DNA from: Octopus vulgaris
Taxonomy: Eukaryota
Length of the DNA stretch: 64,000 nucleotides
Direction: 5' to 3'
Assembly (NCBI GenBank): GCA_951406725.2
Contig: OX597815.1
Span: 173,104,001-173,168,000 of the forward strand
Part shown: positions 40,905 to 54,939 of the stretch, piece after piece
Layout: each line of letters starts with the position of its first letter
Numbering within the stretch: position 1 is the first letter of the stretch
Notes under the pieces: generated by a model
Seen by the model: only the letters and a program-made list of their open reading frames with translations
Database searches by the model: none
Told to the model about the DNA's origin: nothing
Program-made: the position numbers and the translations under genes

Positions 40905-41335
40905 TCTTTTATCTTGTTTTAGTCAATTGACTGCAGCCATGCTGGGGCACCGCCTTGAAGGATTTTAGTCGAACAAATCAACCCTAGTACTTATTTTATT
41001 TAATCCTTTAGTATTTAAACCAGCCATAACCAGCCCAAATATTTTACTTTATTTATGTTCAAACTAGCCAGATCAGGCTTCTCATATCTACCCTACAATG
41101 TCATTTTGAAAATATACAATCATGTCATTTAAATCTTAAAGCTACAAGATGATGCATGAATAATTAAAATGCGATATGAATAAATAGGCATTACCTTTGA
41201 CAGAGTAATCTGAATGTTAAAGGGTTAAGCCTAGTACTTATTCTATCAGTCTCTTTTGCTGAACTGCTAAGCTACAGGGTCATAAACACACCAACATAGG
41301 TTGTCAAGTGACAGTGGGGGAACACACACAGACAT
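40905..41335 (-). mobile_element. SINE 3' half interrupted by a piggyBac-like MITE (41004-41224)
   Basis: SINE sequence resumes at ttaagcctagtac after the MITE end aaagggttaa. Confidence 0.75.
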
Positions 41336-41384
41336 TAAGACAAATATGCATAAATATATGCACACATACACATATATATATATG

Positions 41385-42130
41385 GTCAGAGGTTTAGGGA
41401 TATCCTTACTGAGAAATTTGGTGATAGGGAGGAGGAGCTACAGTCCTGCAGCATAGAAGACAGCTGGGAATTCCTGTGAGACAGCTTGTTGAGTGCTACA
41501 GACCAAATCTGTGGCTGGTGCAAAGTCCCTTCCAGACCTAGGGTAAAATGGTGGTGGAACAATACTGTAGACAGGGCCATTAGAGCCAAAAACAGGCTTG
41601 GAAGGCCTGGAAGAGTTGGGGTAGCAGGAGAATGTATCAGATAGCCAAAAGGGAAGCTAGGAGACAGGTATATACATAGCCAAGGCAGTAGCAGAAAAGA
41701 AGTTTGCCAATGTTCAGCGATGTGAGGACCAAAGAACTGAAGTATTTCAGATCGCAAGACAGTGTGTAAGAGAAAACCGTGATGTCATAGGAAAGAAATG
41801 TGTCTGCATTGATGATGGTGCCCTTGCGTTTAATGATTCAGCAAAGAAAGAGGCTTGGAAATACCTTTATGAAAGACTGCTGAATGTGGAGAATGAATGG
41901 GAGGAGGTGGGTCTGCCAGAGGTTGACCCAATTGAGGGACCAGCTACCCGAATCAACAGTAACCGGGTAGATAAAGCAATTAAGGATATGAAGACAGGGA
42001 AAACACCTTACCCATCAGGAATCACCAATGAGATAGTTCATGAAGGAGTTATACCCAATGACCGGTGTGGCAGCACTATAGTCAACTACTACAAGGGTAA
42101 AGGTGATGCTTTAGATAGAAATAACTATCA
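41385..42130 (+). mobile_element. RTE LINE internal fragment
   Basis: AIKDMKTGK, IPNDRCGSTIVNYYKGKGDALD; homologous to the start of the 46351 element. Confidence 0.8.
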
Positions 42131-42149
42131 AATTATGGTAGTTATTTCT

Positions 42150-43690
42150 ATGATGGACAGGTCTCCTTGAGCACAGCAAAACATCAATGATCTCAGTCTT
42201 TTGTTACCTCTTCCATAAGACTCAACATCTTGAGATCAGCCTTCACTACTTCATCCCATGTCTTCCTGAGTCTCCCTCTTTTACAAGTACTATCCACTTT
42301 AACCCTTTAGCATTTAAACTAGCCCTATCCAACCTGAATATTCTACTAGTTTTAACTTCAAACTGTCAAAATTTGGCCTCTTGTACCTACCCTAGAATGT
42401 CATTCTAAAAATATAAAATCAACTCAGTGAAATCTCAAAGTTACAAGATACTGCATGATTAATTCAAAACTATACTCTTTACTCTTTTACTTGTTTTAGT
42501 CATTTGATGGCGGCCATACTGGAGCACTGCCTTTAGTCAAACAAATCGACCTCAGGACTTATTCTTTGTAAGCCTAGTACTTACTCTATCAGTCTCTTTT
42601 GCCAAACTGCTAAGTTATGGGAACGTAAACACACCAACATCGGTTGTCAAAGTGAAGGTGGGGGGGCAAACACAGACATATATATATATATATATATATA
42701 TACGATGGGCTTCTTTCAGTTTCCATCTACCAAATCCACTCGCAGGGCTTTGGTCGGTCTGAGGTTATAGTAGAAGACACTTGCCCAAGGTACCACACAG
42801 TGGGACTAAACCTGGAACTATGTGGTTGGGAAGCAAGCATCTAACCACACAGCCACTCCTGTGACTAAGTGAATTTAAAAGTATTAAAAATTTGATGGTA
42901 ATCTGAATGCTAAAGGGTTAAGTAATCAGCATTTCTTTATACAATTGTCATCATCCATACCAATGAGTGCAGTCTTCTCTCACAACATGTTTCTTCTTAT
43001 ATCCAAAATCTCGACCTCAACACATTTATACTTTGTTGTACCTGCACACCCATCAGAATATACTATGTTCATTCTTTTCTCATCTTCACATATCCTCTGG
43101 TTTCAGATCACACATCTCACTATCATGTGACATTGTTAATTGTACACAAGCATTGTGCAATATGCCTTTCACTGTGAGGGAGAGACCTTTTGTTACCTAA
43201 AGAGGTAATAACTCCTTGAATTTTCTCTATCCTCTTCTTATTCTAGTAACCATACTTTCAGAATTTCTTCCCCCACTGCTAATCAGGACCCTTTAAGTAA
43301 CGTAAATTATGTACTACTTCTAGGAAACTTCCTGGGCATTTGAAAGAATCTATTGTGCGTTCTTAATGTTTACTGCCACATACAAAGTTTACTTTCCAAT
43401 TAACTTTCCTGCGACTCCACTGCATCTTCTATGTGCTTATGAAAACTCCAAACTGTACACTAAATTTGTTGTTGTACATGTTACTAACAGCATTCCTATA
43501 CACGGCTTGTATGTCTCTCACAGCCTTTCATTTACTCCTAGCTTCTTCAGAGGCCATCAGTTCACCAGGCCAACAAATGCCAAGTACAATGACTTGCTTT
43601 TAGCTAAATACTTCTGTAGCTGTCTTACAAGAAAATGGCATCTATAGTGCTTCTCCCTGGCACAAAACCAAACTGCATCTCATCTCGACT
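42150..43690 (-). mobile_element. Degenerate RTE LINE containing a piggyBac-like MITE (42303-42917), which itself contains a SINE (42472-42863)
   Basis: Reverse-complement homology to 46600-47960; TTAA-flanked CCCTTTAGCA / TGCTAAAGGG ends. Confidence 0.8.
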
Positions 43691-44309
43691 AATTATCCAC
43701 TACATCACCTCAGTCTGGCCAGGACTTTGTACTAATCATAAATTTGGTCTTTTGCCCTTAGTAGGTTGTTCCAGAAGTTTATCAGAATAACTTTAACAAG
43801 CACTAAAGTTTTATGGACTCTCATGCTATCTTTCATGGATTTTCAGAACTTTTTGCAGACACCATCACACATTTTATTTTTCTATCTTGTATATTCAAGG
43901 AGCCCTTTCTCAGTTTCCTTGAAAATTGACTTCTTTGTAATAGATTTTTTTTTACTGTTTAATCAGGTAAGAAAGACAGTACCCACAACTTCTTCTGCTT
44001 AGCTACCACTCTAACAACAGAATGACTTAAGAGAAATCTCTATCAAATGCGTTAAACACATCAACATTCTGCTCCAGATATTTAATCACATAAATGTTTT
44101 TTTTTTCTTACATATGAATAATTTTAATACCTAGAAGCAGTAAAACAATAATATATACATGTATATTTATCACATTTTTTAATTGACTTTAATATGATTT
44201 ACAGACAAATCTCACTCAAATTATACCCTACTTTCATAAACACAGTTTTATATCCATTTCTTTTTGCATTTATATCCATTTTTACCCTTGGTTTGTATTT
44301 CTTTCTTTT

Positions 44310-44549
44310 ATTCTTTTACTGGTTTCAGTCGTTTGACTGCGGCCATGCTGGAGCACCGCCTCTAGTCGAGCAAATCGACCACGGAATTATTCTTTGTAAG
44401 CCTAGTACTTATTCTATCTGTCTCTTTTGCTGAACCGCTAAGTTACGGGGACATAAACACACCAGCAAGGCTATAGTAGAAGACACTTGCCCAAGATTCC
44501 ACGCTGTCGGACTGAACCTATGACCATGTGGTTGGTAAGTAAGCTACTT
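44310..44549 (-). mobile_element. tRNA-derived SINE with internal deletion
   Basis: Homology to 30517-30884. Confidence 0.85.
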
Positions 44550-45516
44550 ACCACATAACCACTCCTGCACATGTATATGTATTTTTTATATTCTTGTTGG
44601 GATAATTATTTTTATGTTTAGATGGCTTTCATATTATTAACTCTCAACTATGAAATAAAAGTGTGATACAATTTTCTTGATCTGCTAGGGAAAGTAGAGC
44701 TGAGTCACATTTCATACTCAGGGTTATTGTTATCAAAATTAGAGGGGGGGTTCCAAACATGCTCAGAACATTCTTATATCTTCTAGTTAATGTTATTAAC
44801 TGGTTGTTATTTAAAAGACTCCATCCCACAGTAGTCACAATAAACAGTTTCCTCTATATATGTGGGTGTACCTAAATAACCCACAAAGGAAAGAAGTAGT
44901 AGGTAGTTAAGAAGGTTTAGGGAGATAGGTAGGTAAATAAAAGTAAATTAAGAAGTAAATGTATCTATCGATTTTGACAATGAATATTCTTTTTGTTCAA
45001 TCAAGTGAACTGCCTACTCATTGGTATAGCAAGTAAGTGGCAGAGTATTCCATGCACATATGTACCTTAACATAATACTCAGACAGGATGGCCTTTTGAA
45101 ATACAGGTACAGTCCATCTGACAGCTTCCATACTCAGATTTTATCTATTCAATTTCATTCACAAAGCTTGAGGTGACCTAAGGATATGGTCAAAGACAAT
45201 TACCCAACATGTCATGCAGTGGGATTGAAACTAAGACCTCATGATTGTGAAGTGAACTTCTTAACCACTTGGCCATTATATATACACACACATAAATACA
45301 TATGTGTGTGTGTATGTCCAAAAACACTATATCCTTGGTATGTTTGAGGACAGAAACTATATTTCAAGTGAGCTAGGACCAGAAGTTTATGAAATAGAAT
45401 GTTCTGGAAACTGGGAGTTGTAAAATATTTGTAATAACTATAAGAATATTAGAAATGTGTTGCTGGGTAAGCAAAGTGGACAGTACCTACCCAAATAAAC
45501 ACTACAAACATAAGTT

Positions 45517-45750
45517 CATCATCATCATCGTTTAACATCCGTTTTCTGTGCTAGCACGGGTTGGACGGTTCGACAGGGGTCTGGGGAGCCAGGGAATGCC
45601 CCAGGCTCCAGTCTGATCTGGCAGTGTTTCTACAGCTGGATGCCCTTCCTAACGCCAACCACTCCGCGAGTGTAGTGGGTGCTTTTTACGTGCCACCTGC
45701 ACAGGTGCCAGAGGGGTCTGGCATCGGCCACGATCAGTTGGTGCTTTTTT
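45517..45750 (-). mobile_element. RTE 3' tail fragment
   Basis: catcatcatcgtttaac...ctacagctggatgcccttcc. Confidence 0.8.
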
Positions 45751-46350
45751 TAATTTTTTTTTTTTATTAAATATAAAATGTATATTTCCCTATATAACTA
45801 CTAATGGGTAAAATTCAGTATAAATTCAATAAATGACTACTATTTTGATGTGAGGTACAATTTTCACTGTTTTTCAATATCATTATATATACTAGTACTT
45901 AAAAGCTTTTAAACTCATGTGATGTGAGTTCAGCTGCAGAATGAATTAAAGAGTCATAAAAGCAGAAATTATTCTGCATACAGAGTGGGAAGTATGCATG
46001 TCTGTGTAACAGTGTATTTGCTTGTAATTATTGAACATTTATAGAAACATGAAACATTATACTGCATGTGGACACATAAAATAGTAATAATAAATATGTG
46101 TGAGAGTGTAAATACAAGTGTATAAAAAACAACAAATATATGCATCTACCTTGTATTTATAATAGTGTTTATGTTTGGTTACATGCATACACAAGTACAC
46201 CAACTCAAGTTTTTTTTTCTTTCTTACTGATGTATATTCATATATGTGTGCATGTGTATAATTTCTAAGTAAATATTTTTAATGTCAGAATATATTTACC
46301 AACAGTCTCAATAAGGTCTTTTATTGATGATTTACTTTATTAATACATAC

Positions 46351-48478
46351 TACCTTAGTAGTTAAAGCAATTAAGGGTATGAAGACAGGGAAAGCCCCCG
46401 GCCCATCAGGAATCACCGCTGAGATGCTCAAAATATCTGGCAGTGTCAGCTATAGCTTAGTCACCCATATAGTCAACCAAGTGATACGTGACGGAGTCAT
46501 ACCCAATGACTGGTGTAGCAGCACCATAGTCAACTGTTACAAAGGTAAAGGTGATGCATTATATACGAATAATTAGAGAGGGTCATAACCCAACTAATTA
46601 GGAAGAGAGTGTCAGCCTAGATGAGATGCAGTTGGGGTTTGTGCCAGGAGAAAGCACCACTAATGCTATATTTTGGTAAGACAGCTGTAAGAGAAATACC
46701 TAGCCAAAGATAAACCTCTGTACCTGGCTTTCGTTGACATGAAGAAAGCCTTTGACAGGGTCCCCTGATCGCTTATCCAGTGGTCAATGAGGAAACTAGG
46801 GATAGATGAATGATTAGTGAGAGCTGTGCAAGCCATGTACAGGGATGCTGTCAGTAAGGTGAAGGTTGGCAATGAGTACAGTGAAGAATTTCAGGTAGGG
46901 GTAGGGTCCACCAAGGATCAGTCCTCAGCCCTCTCTTATTCATCATAGTCCTCCAGGCAATAACAGAGGAATTCAAGACAGGATGCCCCTGGGAGCTCCT
47001 CTATGCTGATGACCTTGCTCTAATTGCTGAATCACTATCAGAACTAGAGGAGAAGTTTCAGGTGTGGAAGTGAGGATTAGAATCAAAGGGCCTTACAATC
47101 AACCTAGCTAAAACCAAAGTCTTAATAAGTAGGAAGGCAGACAAACCACAAATCCCTTCAGGTAGATGGCCCTGCTCGGTCTGTAGAAAAGGTGTAGGTA
47201 GAAACTCCATAAGATGTACCCAGTGTAAGCTATGGACACATAAGAGGTGCATCAATATTAAAGGAAAGCTAACTGTGAAGATAGTTTTTGTATGTGGCAA
47301 ATGCTCAGGAGCAATAAACACTGAAAATGTGCAAAGAACAGCTTCTGTTACATTCCAGAGAGAAAAACTACAAGTAGTTGATAGCTTCTGTTACCTAGGT
47401 GACTGAGTCAGTAGCAGGGGTGGATGCTCTGAAAGTGTAGCTGCTAGAATAAGAATAGCCTGGGCAAAGTTCAGAGAGCTCCTACCTCTGCTGGTGACAA
47501 AAGGTCTCTCGCTCAGAGTAAAAGGTAGACTGTATGACACATGTGTACAAACAGCCATGCTACATGGCAGTGAAACATGGGCCGTGACTGCTGAGGACAT
47601 GCGTAAGCTTGCAAGGAATGAAGCCAGTATACTCCGCTGGATGTGTAATGTCAGTGTGCATACACAACAGAGTGTAAGTGCCCTGAGAGAAAAGTTGGAC
47701 TTAAGAAGCATCAGATGTGGTGTACAAGAGAAATGACTGCGCTGGTATGGTCACGTGTTGTGAATGGATGAGGACAACTGTGTGAAAAAGTGCCATACCC
47801 TAGCAGTTGAGGGAACCTGTGGAAGAGGTAGACACAGGAAGACTTGGGATGAGGTGGTGAAGCACGACTTTTGAACATTGGGCCTCACCGAGGCAATGAC
47901 TAGTGACTGAGACCTTTGGAGATATGCTGTGCTTGAGAAGACCCAGCAAGCCAAGTGAGACCATAACTCGTGGCCTATACCAGTGATGTATAACCAGCCC
48001 ACTTATGAGTACCCTTCATTCACTGAACAATAAACTTTGCTTGCGAAGATCTGTTGAGGCAAGTGAAATCAAAATCGCTGATGTGACCGATAACAGTACC
48101 ACCTGATTGGCAACTCGTGCCAGTGGAACGTTAAAAGCACCATCCTAGTGTGATCATTGCCTTCCTGGCACATGAAAAATAATATTTGAGCATGGTTGTT
48201 GCCAGTGCCGCCGGACTGGCTCCCGTGCAAATAGCACATGTAAAACACCTTTTGAGCATGGTCGTTGCCAGTACCACCTGACTGGCCCTGGTAGCACGTA
48301 AAAGCACCCACTACACTCTCAGTGTGGTAGGCATTAGGAAGAGCATCCAGCTGCAGAAACTTTGCCAGATCAGATTGGAGCCTGGTGCAGCCTTCTGGCT
48401 CGCCAGTCCTCAGTCAAACAGTCCACCCCATACCAGCATAGAAAGCAGGCGTTAAACGACAACAATGATGATGATGAT
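46351..48478 (+). mobile_element. 5'-truncated RTE-clade LINE (RT pseudogene plus 3' UTR)
   Basis: MKTGKAPGPSGI, AFVDMKKAFDRVP, QGSVLSP, YADDL (47002-47016), FCYLGD, HGSETW; several stops; (GAT)n tail. Confidence 0.93.
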
Positions 48479-49464
48479 ACTGCCAATGCTGAGCAGTTAC
48501 TCATGACAGATGCTTAATATGTATGAACAATGTTAATGCTAAAAGCACTAAAGAGATGAGAAAACCTTTATGGAAGCACATCACTGACAAATTTGAAAAC
48601 AGTTACACAGCAATGACTTTCCCATAAGCTTATAATTAATTCACAGAGGCTGTAAAAGATCTAACAGAAATAAAAGCTTATGTGAAAGGTGTTATGTATC
48701 ATACATTGAGTCTCAGTAGTCAACTTCCCTGACATTTTGGATACTGAACAGCACTAAATGAAAAACCCTACACCTGTATGCATGTATATATACATGTATA
48801 TATACACGTATGTGTATATATATACATAACAATAAAATATTTCAAAAAATATTAAAAACAGAAAAAATTTTAGGAGTATGATAAATCTTACAATAGATGT
48901 GAGCAAATTGGTGATTAACTTGAGAAGGTACCAGACTACCTGTTAAAGAGTCTACTATCAGCATTGCATGGGTTCATGGACAAAGCATTTTACTCTCAAT
49001 TACCATGTTTTCTCTAACTTTAAAATCAATGTGAATTTTCTTAAATAATTGGGGTGTATTATATGCTATGCTGACAAATTCTGCTGAAGTTTTACAATTT
49101 TTCTTTCAGTTCATTTGAAAACCAGCAATATCGCCCATACTCTTTGTCAACTTTCTCAGACTGATGAGATTATGCTGCTGAATTTCAGTTTGCACTTCTA
49201 GCTAATATTTTGAATGAAAACATGTTCAAAGAATAGGTTCCAGAGGATAATAATACAGAGAAAGCAGAATTAAGCTTGTTTACAAGTCTGAAGAAGCGGG
49301 TTTTGACAAAGGAGAAATGATTACCAACTTATAAAGAGTAAAGACACTTACAGTGATCATAAAAAGACAAAGAGAATACAACACAACAGATGGTTAATAA
49401 GTTACTGCAATGTTAAAAAACAAAAAGGTTTACTAACATATAAATGACTAATTTTAGGAATAAA

Positions 49465-49868
49465 TCACTTGAAGGGGAGGGAAGTTATGAAAGAAGGAGA
49501 CCCAGAAAGACATAGGACAAAATATTGAAGGCCAATCTCAAAACGCTGAACCTTACAAAGGGGATGACAGAGGATCAAGATATGTGGTGCATTACCTGTA
49601 CTCAGGTATACCCACCCACCACAACAAAATTGAGATCCTAAAACCAAGGTGCAACATAAAAGGCATTGGTGTGGTGCTGATGCCACACAATAAGCACCCA
49701 GTACACTCTGTAAAGTGATTTGGTGTTAGGAAGAGCATCCAGTCATAGAAACCAAACCAAAACAGAGTATGGAACCTGGTGCAGCCCTGGCCTTGCGAGT
49801 TCCTGTCAAGCATTCCAACCTATGTCAGTAAGGAAAATGGATGGTAAATGTTGATGATGATAATGATG
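49465..49868 (+). mobile_element. RTE 3' fragment
   Basis: Homologous tail ending in gatgatgataatgatg. Confidence 0.7.
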
Positions 49869-51319
49869 CAAAATGTGAATAAAGATATAGAAAAGAATTA
49901 ATAGTATATCCTATACATGTCCAACTTAATTATAATTTAATGCAACACTACCCAAAACATTGTAAATAAAATATCCAAATTACTAAAGAGGTAAATTCTT
50001 TTAATTATTGATTTTTGTCTAATTTATTGCAGATTAATTCAGCTAATTCTCAATGTTTTATTCAACAAGTAACTGTTTTGAAACTGATGGAAATAGTACT
50101 CAGAAAATAGAAATCAAAGAATATTAAAAATAGAAAAAGTTCTCTGGAGCTGAACAAGGAGTGAGATGCAGTTTGAGCAATGATAATATCGGTGATAACT
50201 TAATGCAGCAAGCTCAGAAATTTTAATTAAAATTACATCCATAGTTAGATGAAAGAATCATTAGCTCAATGATCAATTCTATTCAAGAAATATAGGGGAA
50301 ACAACCCTAAAATGTTGAATATTTAAAAATAGAATGCACGCAATGAAGTGGAGAGTGAGTGGATCGTAATAGTACAGTGACAACTCTGGACATGTTTTGG
50401 TATTATTAGATCTCCTCAAACTGAAAATATAAACCTACAACTTCTAAATATTCATGTGCAGTGTCTCATTCTGTATAAAACTAATTGCATATCGTGTCTC
50501 TAGCTGGAGCACGTGATGCTGGATGGTAGTGAAATGAGAGCACTAAACAAAATAAATTTGCAATAATTGACAAGGAATGATTAAAAAGCCACTGAGTCTG
50601 CAATATTAATTTAGGAAAGTGTGCAAATAAATTGAAAAATCAACCAGACACTAAATAATATCTGCAAAAAGTGGATGCTACTGATAAATAGATGTAATAT
50701 ATTTTCCTGGACTGCCATGTTAGCTTGGCGATAACTATTAATATCCAGTACCGCTGCCGTAGTCTCCTTTAGAGAGACTTAGAAATATTAATATTTCTAT
50801 GGATGATACATATTTAAATGAAAAAATGCCATGCACTGAGGACAGAAAGTATTAGCAGTAGATGTAGAGCAAAAAAGACATGGAAAGTAGTTGGGTCAAT
50901 CTAAGAATATTAGACTTTCCAGATAAAATACCATATGATCAAGAATCATCCAAACCATTCAAACATAAAACGTAAATGTAGAACAATGATGATGATGCTG
51001 ACAATAATGAATAGATTTTCTCATTACTGAATGAGCCCCACTATTTATTGCCTTTGTATGTATTATACTGGCTTTTGCATGGACCACTACTCCAGCTAAG
51101 GTAGTTATTTACTCACTACTGTCTGCAAGTTGTTACCCTTAAATTTCATAAATATCATTATATGTAAAATGGAATCTTCACAAAAAAAAAAAAGGTTTAA
51201 CAAGAAGTAAAATCTAAATGATGTAATGAATATATTATTCCATATAAGGGACATGCAGGGTAAAACTTTATGCAATTCTTCTGATTGAGAGGACCCAGCA
51301 ACTAAAGTGAGTTGCAGCT

Positions 51320-51762
51320 ATGCATGTCCAGCCCAGTTAAGAGTATCCCTGATGCATCTTGAAATATGATACGCTTGAGAAGACCTGTTGAGTCAAATAA
51401 AACCAATTTCGCAGCTGTGACCAATGCCCCCTGATTGGCTCCCATGCCAGTGGCACTTAAAAAGCACCATCCAAATGTGGCTGATGCCAGTACCTACTGA
51501 CTGGCCCCTGTGCCAGTGACACATAAAAAGCACTATCTGAACATGATCGATGCCAGGCCTGCCTGACTGGCTCCTGTGCTGGTGGCACGTAAAAAGCACC
51601 CACTACACTCTTGGAGTGGCTGGCATTAGGAATGGCATCCAGCTGTAGAAACATTGCCAGATCAGATTGAAGCTTGGTGCAGCAGCTGGCTCTCCAGACC
51701 TCAGTCAAACTGTCCAACCCATGCCAGCAAGGAAAACGGACGTTAAACAAAGATGATGATGA
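51320..51762 (+). mobile_element. RTE 3' UTR fragment with ~65-bp tandem units
   Basis: Close match to 12548-12853. Confidence 0.8.
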
Positions 51763-52938
51763 TAAACCAATAAGTTTCATAAGTGCAAATGGGCAAAACT
51801 CTTGGCCTTTGAGCCACTCTGCAACTTCTGCTCGGTAAAATGAAAAAAAAAATGCAGTTCTTTTTAGAGATCTCATAATCATCAATATTTAGATTAATAT
51901 TTAATAAAAATATTTAAGAGCATATGATAAAAGGCGCTCAAAAGAAATGTTACGGGTTTTTATGTGTACAAATTAGATGAATAAAGATCATACAATCTTG
52001 ATGACAGACAGGGAGGTGACTGGAAGTAAATTGACCGGTACAGAAAAATAATAGAAAAGTTAAAGAATTTTTTGAAGAAACACAATATTGCAATTAAGAA
52101 AACACAAATATTAACATGCAATTCATGTGCCAACAAGATTCAGTAGACAATTGTTTGAATTTGAAATATATTTCTAAAATGTTAACAGCAATCTGATAAC
52201 CTCTTAATTTTGTTTAAAATATTTGTTCCTGAAAAGTTGCTTGATCAAGGAATGTTATGAATACTGTTGTTATAAGTGTTCAGTCAATGTTATCAATGCT
52301 ATAATACTGTAAAAAGTTATATGGTACTGCAAACTTAGTTTTTGATTATTTCTTATCGAACCCATTGCTACAAGGTATGCAGTACTAAGTTTGCTGGTAC
52401 AACAATATGCTTGTAGTAAATGTGAACTCTAGATCCATTTACAAGCTAGTTATTTAATAGTATTTCATTTTACTTCTACTTTAAAGCAGATGTTTAGATT
52501 CAGATTGTAACATTTGAGAGAAAAATTCCCTCCAGAAAAATGCTAGTCTATTTGCAGTTAACAGTCTTAAATTCAGGACTACATCCCATATATTCAAGTG
52601 CATTGTGTGGTCCTCTATGAGGCAGAATCATATTACATCAAGGGGACTGGAACAGTGGATTGTAACAAGGCATTTGATCGATTATCTATATACTATAAGC
52701 TCTGCTTCATTAGGAGTGACTAGAGCAACACAACAATGCATATGAATTAAAGAACCAAAGAGCAGTTACCATCAAAATGTAAATTCAGCTTTCCTTAAAG
52801 AAGAAATTGCTATTCCCTCATATATTTTAGAAAATGAAGATAATCACATAAAAAAAACCTCACTGAAATCCAAGAACTCAATCTTACTGAAATTAATGCA
52901 AGAAACTTTTGGATTCTTTTCTGAGCAAAATTTGCAAA

Positions 52939-53750
52939 TTGTAACAAGCAAAAATGCTAGTTCTAAAATCTCTCTAAGAGATCAAAGCAGTAGTTGTACT
53001 GACAAGTAATATTCATAACCACTTTAACATGGCAGTCCGTTTAAGCAGACTCTACTGGGATTTTTTAACCCCAAGAGGACATCTCCCCTAGCTGGTTAAT
53101 GATGCACAGCTGCATCCAATATAATTGTGAGCAGGAGAGCGAACACCCTACCATCTCCTGGAAACGGGACCAGTAGACCAGTCCTGGTCTCAAGCCATTT
53201 CTGCGACTCCTCAGTACTGGACACTTTGTCTGTCATTGCTAGGAGATGGTAGGGGTTCGCTCCTCTGCTTGCAATTATATCAAATGCAGCTGTGCATTAT
53301 TAATGAGCCAGAGGAGATGTCCTCTTGGGGTTAAAAAATTGCAGTAGAGTCCCCTCAAACAGACAGCCATGTTAAAGTAGCTACGAATATTATTTGTCAG
53401 TACAACTACTGTGTTGTTCTTTTAGAGAGATTTTAGAACTAGCATTTTTGCTTGTTACAAAATTGGTGTTCACTTGAAATATATATATTGCGAGCAGAAG
53501 TGAGCTACTATCATCTCTGGCAGATGAGGTGTCCAGTACTGAGGAGTGGCAGAAATAGCTCAAAACCAGGACTGGTCTACTTGTCCTGTTGTTAGGAGAT
53601 GGGAGGGGTTTGCTCTCCTGCTCGCAATTATATCAGATGCAGCAGTGCATCATTAACTAGCTAGAGGAGATGTCCTCTTGGGGTTAAAAACTCACAGTAG
53701 AGTCTGCTTGAATGGACAGCCATGTTAAAGTGGCTATGAATATTACTTAA
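52939..53750. repeat. Three-arm inverted repeat (foldback)
   Basis: 52939-53160 pairs with 53240-53460 (outer 39 bp perfect); 53520-53750 is the reverse complement of ~53003-53235. Confidence 0.9.
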
Positions 53751-54030
53751 CAAATTGTATATTTTATAAAAGTTAAAATTCCACCACACTACCTTTTCTT
53801 TAACATGTGTCCCCCTTCATTTATTAAAGAAAAAAAAAAGAACTTTGAATGAATTTGTAGTCCTCTTTCCTACAATCTCTAAATTCTTTCACTCAGATGC
53901 TGACCTGAGTATGCTCATTCCTCCATTATAAATTCTATTCTTTCAAACTAATCAACTGCATTACATCCAGTCTTTTGTATTATATCCATGCAGGCATTTC
54001 ACTCTTGAACTATGCTGGAATTTTCAGATT

Positions 54031-54939
54031 TGTACAGTTTCGCTCACAGACTTAAAAATTATTATATTTTAACTAAATAGATTGAAACTTCGTATACTGG
54101 TGTAATTTCTAATGTTGAACATGGTTCACTTTCAACATTTTTGACAAAATTTCGTATTTTAAAAGTTATTTTGTGTTAAAGTTATCGTACATGGGTAATT
54201 TTAACCAATCAACAACATGTATTCAGTTGAAGAAAGCTACTGCTGTTTGCAATAGTAATCGAAGAGGATCAACTTCCGGGTCATCTCTACTAAATGTCAA
54301 CACTCTGTTCTATTCATATGTCAAGCAAAGGTTGAGGGAAAAGTGTTGCTCCTTGGCCACAGCTGACACAAAAGAGAAGCTTTCTTCCTTTCTATTCAGC
54401 ACCATGCATTCCTTACTTTTTCCCGCTCTACTGGCAGACAGCCACTTCTACACTATCAACTACCAACCAGTGAGCGAACTTGTCACTACCACTACAATTA
54501 CTGCTGTATCTCTAACTACATTCAGGCAAATGAATAAATATATGTAAATAATATTTCTTCCTTCTTGGTGTTGATTCTTTGATGTTTACTGATTACTCTG
54601 ACGCAAGACACCCCCAAAAAGCATGTAATATGCAACATGGAGTAAACAAACATAAAATAGAAGAGAGTGGTGACATTTAGTAGAGATGATCCAGAAGTTG
54701 TTTCTCTTCAATTACTATCGCTAACAGCAGTAACTTTCTACAGCTGAATATACATCATTGATTGGTTAAAAATACCCAAATACGACAACTTTAACACGAA
54801 ATAACTTCTAAAATATCAAATATTGTCAAAAATGTTGAAAGTAAACCGTGTTCAGTGTGAGAAATTACACCAACATACGAAGTATCAAACTCTTTAGTTT
54901 AAAAAAAAAATTTTTTTTTTTAATCTGTGAAACTGAACA
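54031..54939. mobile_element. Non-autonomous DNA element with ~280-bp imperfect TIRs
   Basis: 54031-54315 is the reverse complement of 54656-54939 (e.g. tcatctctactaaatgtca / tgacatttagtagagatga). Confidence 0.85.

Noticed and set aside
48100-48310. CRISPR-like array (regular ~65-bp units; also at 12550 and 51440)
   Set aside because: Whole units are similar with no unique spacers; this is the tandem repeat in the RTE 3' UTR in eukaryotic DNA
48500-50950. Possible old DNA-transposase remnants (also ~11300-11930 and ~22400-23900)
   Set aside because: Coding-like composition but no motif or terminus I can identify with confidence
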